Assembly (NCBI GenBank): GCA_037445735.1
Contig: JBBIJY010000003.1
Location: forward strand, 64,001 to 128,000
Direction: 5' to 3'
DNA: 64,000 bases
From: Armatimonadota bacterium
Lineage (GTDB): Bacteria; Armatimonadota; Fimbriimonadia; Fimbriimonadales; GBS-DC
Shown: one piece after another, positions 47,645 through 56,864 of the stretch
How positions within the stretch are numbered: the stretch's first letter is position 1
Layout: every line of letters starts with the position of its first letter
The notes under the pieces: generated by a model
The model's input: only the letters and a program-made list of their open reading frames with translations
The model's database searches: none
What the model was told of the DNA's origin: nothing
Made by a program: the position numbers and the translations under genes

Positions 47645-50338
47645 TCAGGCGGCATGCTGTTGCTGGGCGGCGGCGGGCAGGCGCAGGATGAAGCAGGCGC
47701 CAGCGGGCGAATCGCCTAACAGCAGTGTGCCGCCATGCTTTTGCGCAATCTCCAGCGAGATCGACAGCCCCAGCCCCGTGCCCTTGCCCGGCTCTTTGGT
47801 GGTGAAGAAGGGGTCAAAAATCTGCATGCGCAGGTCAGGTGGCACGCCCGGACCGTTATCCTGCACACAGAGTTCGACCCATTCGCGCCCGCTTTCCTGC
47901 ACGCGGCGCGTGCGGATGACCACGCGCCCATCGGGCTGACCCTCCAGCGCGTCGCGCGCGTTGGTCAATAAGTTAATCACCACCTGTTCCAGCGAGTTCG
48001 GCTCGCCCAGCACGGGTGGGAGATTGGATTCGTATTCTTCTATCAGCTCAATCCCGCGCTGGTGGAGCTGCTCTCGCAACAAAATGAGCGCGTTCTCGGC
48101 GACGGTGTTCAGATTCACGGGCTCGCGGGTAGCGCGTGGCTTGCGGGCAAAGGTGCGCAGGTGCAGGATAATCTGGCTCATGCGCTGGGTCTGACGCTCA
48201 ATCAGGCGCATGTCGTCCAGCAGCTGACGAATCCATGTTCCCTCACCCGTACCCTCTCCCCCGCTGGGGGAGAGGGACTGGGAGACCCCCTCACCCGTGC
48301 CCTCTCCCCCGCTGGGGGAGAGGGGCTTGGGTTCTCCCTCTTCCCTCTGGGGAGAGGGTTGGGATGAGGGATTAGACACAGCGTGAGCAGCCCCCTCACC
48401 CGTACCCTCTCCCCCGCTGGGGGAGAGGGATTGGAGGCGGCTCAGCATCTGAATTGTCTGCTGCGCGACGCCGCGGATAATCGCCAGCGGCTGGTTGAGC
48501 TCGTGCGCGACGCCCGACGCCAGCGTGCCCAGCGACGCCAATTTGGAGGTCTGAATGATCTGTGCCTCCGCTTTTGCCAGCGCGTCTACCATGTGATTGA
48601 ACGAGTCGGCTAACTGCTCCAGCTCAGGCGCGTTGCCCGTGGGCAGCTGCACGCGCCGGGTCAAATCACCCCCTGCAATCGCATGCGTGGTCTCCACCAG
48701 GGTGCGCAACGGAATGTTGAGCGTGCGATAGAGATACACGGATCCCAGCAAACCCAGCAATAACACCCCCATCAAACCAATCAGCATCGCATTAATAATC
48801 TGTTCCACAATCCGCTGCTGGAGCGTATCCGTAAAGGTGTTGAACTGCCTGGAGAGGTCGGACAGCTGGGAGAGTTGGGACAGACGGTTCTGGAGCTGAT
48901 GCTGACTCTGGCGCAGGCTGGTCTTCAGCAGCCGCTGCATGCTTGCGCGGATTGCCCGGTGCTGGGCGTTGAGCATGTGCTTCGATTCGCTCAGGGTCTG
49001 GCGTTCCGCCTGTTGCAGGGTCTGTTGCAACTGTTGTTGATGGCGGCTCATTTGCTGGCTTACCTGTCGGGCAGCCTGCTCGCGAATCTGGCGGATGGCG
49101 CCCCGCAGTGCGCCCTGCTGAATCTGGCGAGCCTTATTGAAGTGCGACTGCAGCGTGGTTGCCAGCTGAAACGCCTCTTCGGTCGGTTGCACCACAATCA
49201 GACAGGCGTTGAGGCGCACAATCGGTGCCAGCACCACCAGCGAATGGTTAACTTCTTCCAGGCGCGGGCGCACACCTTCCAGCGTGCTGGCAACCAGGGT
49301 TGCGAACGACTCGTCGCGCTGACCAACCCGCCGTGCATCGGGATGCGCCAGCACCAGCCCATCCGATGCGCAGAGCATCGCATAGCCCTGATTACCCATC
49401 CGAAAGGCGCGTATCAGCGTGTTAAGATTGTCCATGCCAATCAGGGCGCAGATCGCGCCGCGCAGGTCAACGCCACGCTCGCGCACTGGCACCAGCACAG
49501 GGATCACGGGTTCGGCACCCGCCTCCGTGTCCAGCATGACCACCGAGCCGACAATCGGCTGGTCGCTCGCGGTCATCTGCTGCCAGAGGGATGCCAGCAC
49601 AGGTTGAAGGGCGCTTTCTGCTGGCGTGACATCGCCAACGGTCAGCAGCCGCTGACCCCTGCTATCACGCAGACAAAGCAGGCGATAAGAAGGCTCGCGG
49701 TCCTGAAGCGCCTGCAGAATCCATTCGCTTTCCTGCAGGCGGGCTTCTCGCACAGCGGGCTGCTGGGCGATGAGCGTCAGCTGGGTGAGCGCGTTCTGCA
49801 GCGTGCCATCCACCTGGCGCCTCAGGCTGTCGGTCAGGCTCAGGCTGCTTTGATTCACCTGAGTGCGAATGGCGTCGCGGCTGGCATCCGTCGCTGTGAT
49901 GGCTAACTGCGCCAGCGCCCGCGCCTGCAAGGTGCTGATCTGCTCTGCCGTATCGTCAAGGGTTTGCTTCAGTGCGCGGTGGGTGGTGTGTTGCATGGCG
50001 CTGGTGCTGGACGACACGCGTCGATTGAGCGTGCGCAGGGCGCGCCCGATCAGCGCTTCCTGCCGCTGCGCCAACCGCTGCCGCTGCTGGTCCAGACCGC
50101 GCTGAATGTTCCGCTCAACCTGCACGAAGGCGTCTTCCAGCATTGCCTGCGTGGATTGCTCCACACGAGCGCGATAATGCTGGAACGAGGCTTGCGTCTG
50201 CTGCTGAAATTCGCGCGTGGCGTTGCGAATCTGATAGCGCAAATAGACCAGCAGCACGCCTGTGCCCAGCGCCGCGGGCGCTATCGCCATCAATCCGTAT
50301 AACAGCATCAGCCGATAACGCAAACTCAATCTTGTCAC
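47645..50338 (-). CDS. Sensor histidine kinase (TM, long helical/Cache region, TM, HAMP, HisKA, HATPase)
   Basis: KLASLGTLASGVAHELNQPL, QVVINLLTNARDA, DNGPG, FDPFFTTK, GTGLGL. Confidence 0.92.
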   Translation of the reverse strand: MTRLSLRYRLMLLYGLMAIAPAALGTGVLLVYLRYQIRNATREFQQQTQASFQHYRARVEQSTQAMLEDAFVQVERNIQRGLDQQRQRLAQRQEALIGRALRTLNRRVSSSTSAMQHTTHRALKQTLDDTAEQISTLQARALAQLAITATDASRDAIRTQVNQSSLSLTDSLRRQVDGTLQNALTQLTLIAQQPAVREARLQESEWILQALQDREPSYRLLCLRDSRGQRLLTVGDVTPAESALQPVLASLWQQMTASDQPIVGSVVMLDTEAGAEPVIPVLVPVRERGVDLRGAICALIGMDNLNTLIRAFRMGNQGYAMLCASDGLVLAHPDARRVGQRDESFATLVASTLEGVRPRLEEVNHSLVVLAPIVRLNACLIVVQPTEEAFQLATTLQSHFNKARQIQQGALRGAIRQIREQAARQVSQQMSRHQQQLQQTLQQAERQTLSESKHMLNAQHRAIRASMQRLLKTSLRQSQHQLQNRLSQLSQLSDLSRQFNTFTDTLQQRIVEQIINAMLIGLMGVLLLGLLGSVYLYRTLNIPLRTLVETTHAIAGGDLTRRVQLPTGNAPELEQLADSFNHMVDALAKAEAQIIQTSKLASLGTLASGVAHELNQPLAIIRGVAQQTIQMLSRLQSLSPSGGEGTGEGAAHAVSNPSSQPSPQREEGEPKPLSPSGGEGTGEGVSQSLSPSGGEGTGEGTWIRQLLDDMRLIERQTQRMSQIILHLRTFARKPRATREPVNLNTVAENALILLREQLHQRGIELIEEYESNLPPVLGEPNSLEQVVINLLTNARDALEGQPDGRVVIRTRRVQESGREWVELCVQDNGPGVPPDLRMQIFDPFFTTKEPGKGTGLGLSISLEIAQKHGGTLLLGDSPAGACFILRLPAAAQQQHAA
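48240..48430. repeat. Four REP-like palindromes in frame within the HisKA domain
   Basis: CCCTCACCCGTACCCTCTCCCCCGCTGGGGGAGAGGG-type unit three times plus one inverted copy. Encodes LSPSGGEGTGEG three times and PSSQPSPQREEG. Confidence 0.9.
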
Positions 50339-51327
50339 TGCTGAAACACCCCATCTGCCAGATTGAGCAAGGCGTCGGGAATGGTGATCCCGAGGGCACG
50401 AGCGGAAGAGAGATTATAAGTCGTGCGCAGGCGGCGCGGGGTGAGAAGGGGCATCGCGGCCGGGTCTGCTCCCTGCAACAGCTGGTCGACCAGCTCCGCT
50501 GCTGCAACGCCCTGCTCGGTGAAGTCGACCCCAATGCCCACCAGTGCGCCCCGCTTCACATAGGTGTCCGCAAAGGCAAGCAGGGGCAACTTGCGTTGAT
50601 TGCAAAAAGCCACGATCTGCTCGAACGCCTTCGGCGCAGCGCAGACTGGATCGGGAATGAGCCAGAAGGCGTCGATTTTGTCGCTGAGGGCTGTCAGCGC
50701 CCGCGCCAGATCATCGGGCATGCGTGCCTCTATGGCGACCAGTTCCAGTCCCACCTGCTGGGCATCCTCATGCGCCTGTTCGATCAATCGACGGGAGGTG
50801 GCATCCTCAGGGTTGAAAACCGTGCCGATGCGTTTGACCGTCGAAGCCACATCCATCAGCAGGCGGAACTGGCGCTGCGGGCGAATGGTCAGCCCCACGC
50901 CTGCAAAGCGTGTGCCGCTCCGCTCCGCGCTCTCGATTAGCCCCTCCACCACAGGGTCCAGCACCATCAGGAACACCACAGGTGGCTGGCGCTCTGCGGG
51001 CAGCTGGCGATAGCGCTGCTGGAGGGCGCGTGTGGCATCCGTGCCAACCGCCACAATCACCTTCGGCTGACGCCGTAAAATCGCCTCCACCGGGTCCTCA
51101 CGGGGACGAGCCGGCAGAACCATCGTGAAATAGTCAATGCTCACACCGGCTCGGTAGCCTCGCCGGGCAAGCTCGCTGGTCAGCCCGTTCACCGCCTGCT
51201 CGTAGAGGCTCCCCTCTCCGCTTTGCAGGATGGCAACCAGTGGTCGCTCGGCAAAGGCAGCCCCTGCGCCAGCGCCCCACACCAGCACCATCCACATCCC
51301 TGTCCACACTGATTTGCCGATTTGCAT
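50335..51327 (-). CDS. ABC_sub_bind-type periplasmic binding protein
   Basis: IVAVGTDA, PVVFLMVLDP, KRIGTVFNP, DAFWLIPD, VKRGAL, YNLSSARALGITIP. Start codon uncertain. Confidence 0.82.
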   Translation of the reverse strand: MQIGKSVWTGMWMVLVWGAGAGAAFAERPLVAILQSGEGSLYEQAVNGLTSELARRGYRAGVSIDYFTMVLPARPREDPVEAILRRQPKVIVAVGTDATRALQQRYRQLPAERQPPVVFLMVLDPVVEGLIESAERSGTRFAGVGLTIRPQRQFRLLMDVASTVKRIGTVFNPEDATSRRLIEQAHEDAQQVGLELVAIEARMPDDLARALTALSDKIDAFWLIPDPVCAAPKAFEQIVAFCNQRKLPLLAFADTYVKRGALVGIGVDFTEQGVAAAELVDQLLQGADPAAMPLLTPRRLRTTYNLSSARALGITIPDALLNLADGVFQQ

Positions 51328-51355
51328 GGCAGATTGATTGGTCTCCACCACCAGC

Positions 51356-51503
51356 CCCTCTCCCCCAGCGGGGGAGAGGGTACGGGTGAGGGGACTGCTC
51401 ACCTCGCACCTGCAGCCAACCCCTCACCCCAACCCTCTCCCCAGAGGGGAGAGGGAGTCTTTGAATCCCTCTCCCCCAGCGGGGGAGAGGGTACGGGTGA
51501 GGG
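51356..51503. repeat. Three REP-like palindromes
   Basis: CCCTCTCCCCCAGCGGGGGAGAGGGTACGGGTGAGGGG twice, flanking an inverted copy. Confidence 0.9.
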
Positions 51504-51515
51504 GCTACCACCACT

Positions 51516-53405
51516 TCACCAGTCGCGCTGCCAGGTGAACCACAGACTGCGCCGACCGCCAGGCACCCGCCACGCCATCTCCGTGCGCACATTGAACAGG
51601 TTATCGATGCGCAGATTCCAGCGGTTGCGGGCGTCACTCCGATAGGACAGGTTCAGAAAGGTGTTCCACGCATAGGCGCTGGTGCGCCCCATGCCGACGG
51701 CGGGATAGGTGAAGGCAATCTGCGCACTCAGCCCGCGCGATTGATAGCGCGCCAGCCGAACCACCACCCGATCACGGGCAGGTTTGTAGTCCTCCTGAAT
51801 ATTGCCCTGATAGTTGACGCGCATATAGCCCACTGCCAGCTCCGCGAAGTTGAAAAGGGAGCCTGCCAGTTCCGCGCTCCAGCCGTCGATACGGATACGC
51901 TCCACATTCTGATACTGTCGCAGATAGGGGTCGCTGGGGTCCACCAGAAACACCGTGATGGCGTCGCGCACATCCTGTCGGAAGTAAGCCACATCCCATC
52001 GCCAGCCTGCGGGCATTATTCTCTTCCAGCCCAGCTCGTAGCTGACCACCACTTCGGGCTTATTGTTGGGCGAGCCGTTGACCCGAAAAGGTACCGCCAC
52101 CCAGTTGGTGCCGTCGAAGACGGGCGTCCAGACGAAGAAGTTGTTCACGAAGAGTTCGGCGAAGGAGGGTGCGCGAAACGCTCGCCCGATGGACGCGCGC
52201 AGCACATCGTGCCCGCTGGCGTGATAGACCAGCCCGGCGCGCGGGCTGAGCTGATTGCCATAGATGGAGTGGGCATCGAAGCGCAGCCCCAGCATCGGTT
52301 GCCAGCGCTCCCGGCGCCATTCGCCCTGCAGAAAGAGCGCGAAGTTGCTGGCGGAATGGGAGCCGTTCAGCAGTCGCCCGCTGGCGCGCATCAGGCGGAA
52401 ATCGCCCCCAGCCAGCATCTCCGCCGAACCCCAGGGGAAGCGCCAGTAGGTCTCCAGCCCCAGCATCTGCTGGTCGAAGGCGCGTCGCTCGCGCGTGCTC
52501 AACGCGAAGGTGGGCGGCTGCGTGCGCAGGAAATCGAGCTCGCCCGCCATGCCATAGAAGCGGGCAATCTGCTGGCTCCTGCCCCGCTGCTGGCTCCACT
52601 CCGCCTGCCAGTAATGACTGCGCGGCTGAAAGCGGTCATACGGAGTCGGGAACAGCCCGTAGCGCATACCGACGCTGCCCCGATCCATATCGACATAGGC
52701 GTAATGGAGGTTCCACCGATTGGAACGGGCATTGACCATCAGCGAGCGCACGAGGGTGTCGTTGTTGCGCACGCGGTCGCTGCCCGGATCGCGCCAGTAG
52801 GACGCCTGCACGCCGTACCGCCAGCCCGAATCAGCCGAGCTGACCCAGCGCAACGAGGCGTTATAGCCGTTGCGTGCCGTGTAGCCGTTATAAAAGGAGG
52901 ACTGCCCGGCTTTGCCGTGCGCCGTGATGATGTTCACCACGCCCGCCAGCGCGTTCGGTCCGTACATCGCCGAGCCAGGACCGAACGCCGCCTCGATGCG
53001 CTCCACATCGTGCGTGCTGATTGCCATCGCCGAAAAGTTGCCCAGAAGCGGGTCGTTCAGCGGGATGCCGTCCAGCAGAAAGAGCGTGCGCTCGTTGAAC
53101 TCCGACGAAGTGTACGCCCCACGCGTGCTTAAAAAGCGGTGAATCGACGACTCGTTGCCCTCGAAGTCGGCGACCATGCGCTCCAGCAGCTCCTGCACCG
53201 TCTGCGCGCCCGATAGCTCGATCTCGCGGCGGGTCAGCACGCGCACGGTGGTGAACGATTCAGAGACCTTGTGTTCGGTGCGGGTGGCGGTCCTGACCAC
53301 CTCCTGCGGATCGGCAAAGAGCCATTCGGCGGTCGCCGAAGTGCGCTGGGCGTTCAGCCCCGCGCAGAGCGCCATGCCTGCCCAGAAAATCGCTATCTTT
53401 CTCAT
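51516..53405 (-). CDS. TonB-dependent outer-membrane receptor
   Basis: Plug (VRTATRTE, LFLLDG, VERIE...GPGSAMYGPNALAGVVNIIT), SPRAGL, RAFRAPSFAEL, IDNLFN, terminal W. Confidence 0.9.
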   Translation of the reverse strand: MRKIAIFWAGMALCAGLNAQRTSATAEWLFADPQEVVRTATRTEHKVSESFTTVRVLTRREIELSGAQTVQELLERMVADFEGNESSIHRFLSTRGAYTSSEFNERTLFLLDGIPLNDPLLGNFSAMAISTHDVERIEAAFGPGSAMYGPNALAGVVNIITAHGKAGQSSFYNGYTARNGYNASLRWVSSADSGWRYGVQASYWRDPGSDRVRNNDTLVRSLMVNARSNRWNLHYAYVDMDRGSVGMRYGLFPTPYDRFQPRSHYWQAEWSQQRGRSQQIARFYGMAGELDFLRTQPPTFALSTRERRAFDQQMLGLETYWRFPWGSAEMLAGGDFRLMRASGRLLNGSHSASNFALFLQGEWRRERWQPMLGLRFDAHSIYGNQLSPRAGLVYHASGHDVLRASIGRAFRAPSFAELFVNNFFVWTPVFDGTNWVAVPFRVNGSPNNKPEVVVSYELGWKRIMPAGWRWDVAYFRQDVRDAITVFLVDPSDPYLRQYQNVERIRIDGWSAELAGSLFNFAELAVGYMRVNYQGNIQEDYKPARDRVVVRLARYQSRGLSAQIAFTYPAVGMGRTSAYAWNTFLNLSYRSDARNRWNLRIDNLFNVRTEMAWRVPGGRRSLWFTWQRDW

Positions 53406-53767
53406 GCTGCACACCTCACCGTCCAGATGTTCTGGAGAACCTGCCGGACCTCGCTCAGGTCGAAGGGCTTCACAAGCGTGGCGAAGACCCGGTCGGCAGT
53501 CCCGTCCTCCAGAAAAGCATCAGGATAGCTGTCCATCACCACGATAGGTATTGTGGGGTAGCGCTGGCGGACAATCTGCACGAGCGTGACGCCGCTCATC
53601 AGGGGCATGTGGGTGTCGGTGATCAGCACATCGACCGCTTCACGCTCCAGAATGTCGAGCGCTTCACAGCCGTTGCCCGCAAGCAACACCTGATGCCCCT
53701 CATCCTGCAGCACACCGCTCAGCAGGAACTGCACCATCGGCTCGTCATCCACCACCAGCACTGTCAT
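53402..53767 (-). CDS. Single-domain response regulator
   Basis: VLVVDDE, LITDTHMPLMSG, VKPF. Confidence 0.88.
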   Translation of the reverse strand: MTVLVVDDEPMVQFLLSGVLQDEGHQVLLAGNGCEALDILEREAVDVLITDTHMPLMSGVTLVQIVRQRYPTIPIVVMDSYPDAFLEDGTADRVFATLVKPFDLSEVRQVLQNIWTVRCAA

Positions 53768-53833
53768 ATCACCTTCATTTTCGGCACGATAGGGTGCAAT
53801 CTGCAGAAGACAGAACAGGTATAATCGCAGGCG

Positions 53834-54547
53834 ATGAAGGTGTTTCGGCAGTGGACGGCGACGCAGGTGGTTGCGCTGGTGCTGGGTGGGCTGCTGCTGA
53901 TTTATGGGGCGAACACGTTCTATGGCTACTATCAGCTGAGCCATCTGCATCTGAAACCGCTTCAGCCGTCGCGCTTCACTGTGCTGGGCTTCCCGTCGCG
54001 CGAGATGAGCGAGCGACGCTGGAAGATTATCATCACGCAGGAGGTGCCCAAAGTGGTGGAGGTGTTGCGCGAGCAGGGGTTTGCGCGCCCTGAATATGGC
54101 GCGGAAGATGGCGCCACACGGCGGGTGGACATCGAGCAGGTGCTGAAAGCCTGCCCGGTGGTGCTGACCGAACGGCAGATCGAAGCGGTGTGGGTGGAGA
54201 AGCGGGAGGCGGAGACACTGCGCGGTCGCCCCGAATATTTCGTGGTGCATCTGCGGCTGACCCCGGAAGGGCGCGCCCGACTCTGGCGCTACGCCCGGCA
54301 GCAGGTCGGTCGCCCCCGCGCGCTGGGCGAGGCGCCCGCCGAAGAGCGACTGCTCCTGCTGGTGGATAAGCAGCCCTGGGCGGCGCCCATCATCAGCGCC
54401 GAAGTCGCCAGCAGCTGGTGGCTGCTGAGCCGCGCCGCCGCCCTCCAGCGCTCCGATGTGCAAATCGTGAACATCTTCGACGAGGAAATCGCTAACGAGA
54501 TTGTGAACGGCTTCAAACGCGCCCGGCAGGGGGTGAACCCGCCATGA
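53834..54547 (+). CDS. Membrane-anchored protein with SecDF P1-head-like domain
   Basis: N-terminal TM, LRLTPEGRARLWRYARQQVG...LLLLVDKQPWAAPII...FDEEIANEI. Confidence 0.5.
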   Translation: MKVFRQWTATQVVALVLGGLLLIYGANTFYGYYQLSHLHLKPLQPSRFTVLGFPSREMSERRWKIIITQEVPKVVEVLREQGFARPEYGAEDGATRRVDIEQVLKACPVVLTERQIEAVWVEKREAETLRGRPEYFVVHLRLTPEGRARLWRYARQQVGRPRALGEAPAEERLLLLVDKQPWAAPIISAEVASSWWLLSRAAALQRSDVQIVNIFDEEIANEIVNGFKRARQGVNPP

Positions 54548-55377
54548 CCATTCGGCTGGGACACAGCCCCGATGCCGACGACGCCTTCATGTTCTGGGCG
54601 CTCAGCGCAGGACTTGTGGAAACGCCCCTGCAGTTCGAACATGTTCTGAAAGACATCCAGACGCTGAACGAGTGGGCGCGGGAGGGGCGACTGGAGTTCA
54701 CCGCGCTGTCGGTGCACAACCTCGCCTATGTGGCGGATCGCTATGCGGTGCTGATGGCAGGTGGCAGCTTCGGCGACGGCTACGGACCGATGCTGGTCGC
54801 CCGTGAACCCATCCCGCTGAATGAGCTGGCACGCTATCCCATCGCGGTGCCAGGTCGGCTTACCAGCGCGTATCTGGCGTTGCGCCTGTTCCTGCCAGAG
54901 GCGCAGACCGTCGAGATGCCCTTCGATGCGATTATGCCCGCCGTGCAGAGCAGCGAGATACCCGTCGGGCTGCTCATTCACGAGGGTCAGTTGACCCACC
55001 GCCAGCAGGGGCTGATCACGCTGCTCGATCTGGGCGTGTGGTGGGCGGAACAGACGGGGGGGTTGCCCCTGCCGCTGGGCATCAACGCCATCCGCACCGA
55101 CCTGCCAGAGGGGGTTCAGCAGGAGATTGCCCGCGCCTTCACAGCGAGCATTCGGCTGGGTCTGGCGAATCGCGAGCTGGCGCTTGCCTACGCCATGCAG
55201 TTCGGGCGCGGAATGGACACGGCGACCGCCGAGCGGTTCGTCGGCATGTATGTGAACGAGCTGACGCTGAACATGGGCGAGCGGGGACGACGCGCCATCG
55301 AAGAGTTCCTGCGCCGGGGCGCAGAGGCGGGTATCACGCCGCCCGCCGCCCCGCGCTTCATAGAGACCCCACTGTAG
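54544..55377 (+). CDS. mqnD: 1,4-dihydroxy-6-naphthoate synthase (futalosine pathway)
   Basis: LGHSPDADDAFMF, DIQTLN, GYGPML, LLIHEGQLT, DLGVWW, LPLPLG, GMYVN. Confidence 0.88.
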   Translation: MTIRLGHSPDADDAFMFWALSAGLVETPLQFEHVLKDIQTLNEWAREGRLEFTALSVHNLAYVADRYAVLMAGGSFGDGYGPMLVAREPIPLNELARYPIAVPGRLTSAYLALRLFLPEAQTVEMPFDAIMPAVQSSEIPVGLLIHEGQLTHRQQGLITLLDLGVWWAEQTGGLPLPLGINAIRTDLPEGVQQEIARAFTASIRLGLANRELALAYAMQFGRGMDTATAERFVGMYVNELTLNMGERGRRAIEEFLRRGAEAGITPPAAPRFIETPL

Positions 55378-55382
55378 GATAC

Positions 55383-56774
55383 ATGCCTGGGCGGGACGCC
55401 CAAGCCACTGCCACCCTGCGCTTCATAGAGACCCCACCACAGGAAGAGCGCCCGCCTGCTGCGAATCCATGCTGCGTGCGTGGGTGGCTGATCGGGCTGG
55501 CACTGATCGCCGCGCTGAATGTGGGCGCCATTCTCTACTGGCATCGGGATGATGGGCTGTGGAGCCACTTCGAGAATCTCGATGTGCGCACGATTCTGGA
55601 GCGGCTGGAACAGCCGCATCAGCCTCTGCAGTGGTTCGTGGGCGACTGGGTGCTGGGCAACGGCTTCTATCGCCCCCTGCCGAGCCTGCTGTATGAACTC
55701 GACTATCGCCTCTGGGGACGCAATCTGCTGGCGTACAAATGGACGAATGGGCTGTTGAGCCTCGCGTGCGCGCTGCTCATGGTGGGCTGGGTGTGGGAAC
55801 TGAGCCGTTCGCGCCCGCTCGCGCTCCTGACAGGCTTTCTCTTTACTGGCTGGCAGACGGGGTTGTTGCCGGCGCTGCCCGAATCGCTGCTGTGGGTATC
55901 GGCGGTCGCGGCGACGGGGCTTGTGTGGTGGCTCCAGCGTGATTACCGTAGAGCGCTGATTACGGGCTGCCTGGTGCTGATGCTGGGGCTGGAGCTGAGC
56001 TTCATTCCGAATCTGCCCGATCTGCATCAGGCGTCGTTCGCCTATCGCGCAATCGGCTGGATACCAGGGCGCACGGCGACGCTGATGACGCTGTTCGCGC
56101 TGATCTCGCTCTGGGCGTATTGCCGACTCTGCTGGCGTGGGGGCTGGCAGTGGGCGATAGTGAGCCTGATTGCCTATCTCGCCGCGCTGGGCAGCTATGA
56201 GCAGGCAGTCTGTTTGCCGCTGCTGATGGCGGCATGCGGGCTGGCGGTTCGAGCGCAGGGCGGGCGATTCGTCGCATGGTTGCCCACTGCCGCGCTCATC
56301 ATTCTGGAACTCTATCTCTGGTTCTATCTGGCGAATATCCCGTCGCAGACCGAGTATCACCAGCAGCGGTTACGCCGTTTTTACGCGCTGGGCGGCTCGC
56401 TCGGCTACTGGCTGCTGCCACCGCTGCCGGAGGTGGCAAATCAACTGAGCCTGCTCATCGATGCGCCGCTGGCGTTCATCCTGCCTGGCTTCTGGAAGGC
56501 GTGGCTGATGCTGGCAGCGTATGGGATCGGGTTATGGCAGGTTCGGCGTCAGCCGCTGGCGTGGGTGGGGCTGGTCGGCTCGATGCTGGCTTATTTGCCG
56601 CTGGCGCCCGTCATTCCGCTGATGCACTACTACTATCTACCAGCGGTGTTCCGCGCGCTGTGGGTGGCAGTGCTACTGGCAACCCTCGTCAGGAGAGCTG
56701 CGCCAGATAGCCCCGCTCGGATTGCCGTCGAAGACACAGCTTGGAGCCAGCGTGCTGCGAAACTGTTTGAATAG
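55383..56774 (+). CDS. Polytopic membrane protein (GT-C/PMT-like)
   Basis: FYRPL, WIPGR, SYEQA, YYYLP and many TM segments. Start uncertain. Confidence 0.6.
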   Translation: MPGRDAQATATLRFIETPPQEERPPAANPCCVRGWLIGLALIAALNVGAILYWHRDDGLWSHFENLDVRTILERLEQPHQPLQWFVGDWVLGNGFYRPLPSLLYELDYRLWGRNLLAYKWTNGLLSLACALLMVGWVWELSRSRPLALLTGFLFTGWQTGLLPALPESLLWVSAVAATGLVWWLQRDYRRALITGCLVLMLGLELSFIPNLPDLHQASFAYRAIGWIPGRTATLMTLFALISLWAYCRLCWRGGWQWAIVSLIAYLAALGSYEQAVCLPLLMAACGLAVRAQGGRFVAWLPTAALIILELYLWFYLANIPSQTEYHQQRLRRFYALGGSLGYWLLPPLPEVANQLSLLIDAPLAFILPGFWKAWLMLAAYGIGLWQVRRQPLAWVGLVGSMLAYLPLAPVIPLMHYYYLPAVFRALWVAVLLATLVRRAAPDSPARIAVEDTAWSQRAAKLFE

Positions 56775-56864
56775 GAGCGGAGGCGAGACGAAGGGCACAA
56801 TCACGCAAACAGCAGGAATCGGCTCATTCGCCCCGAACCAAACCTGCACCTGAGGGGTGCAGCG

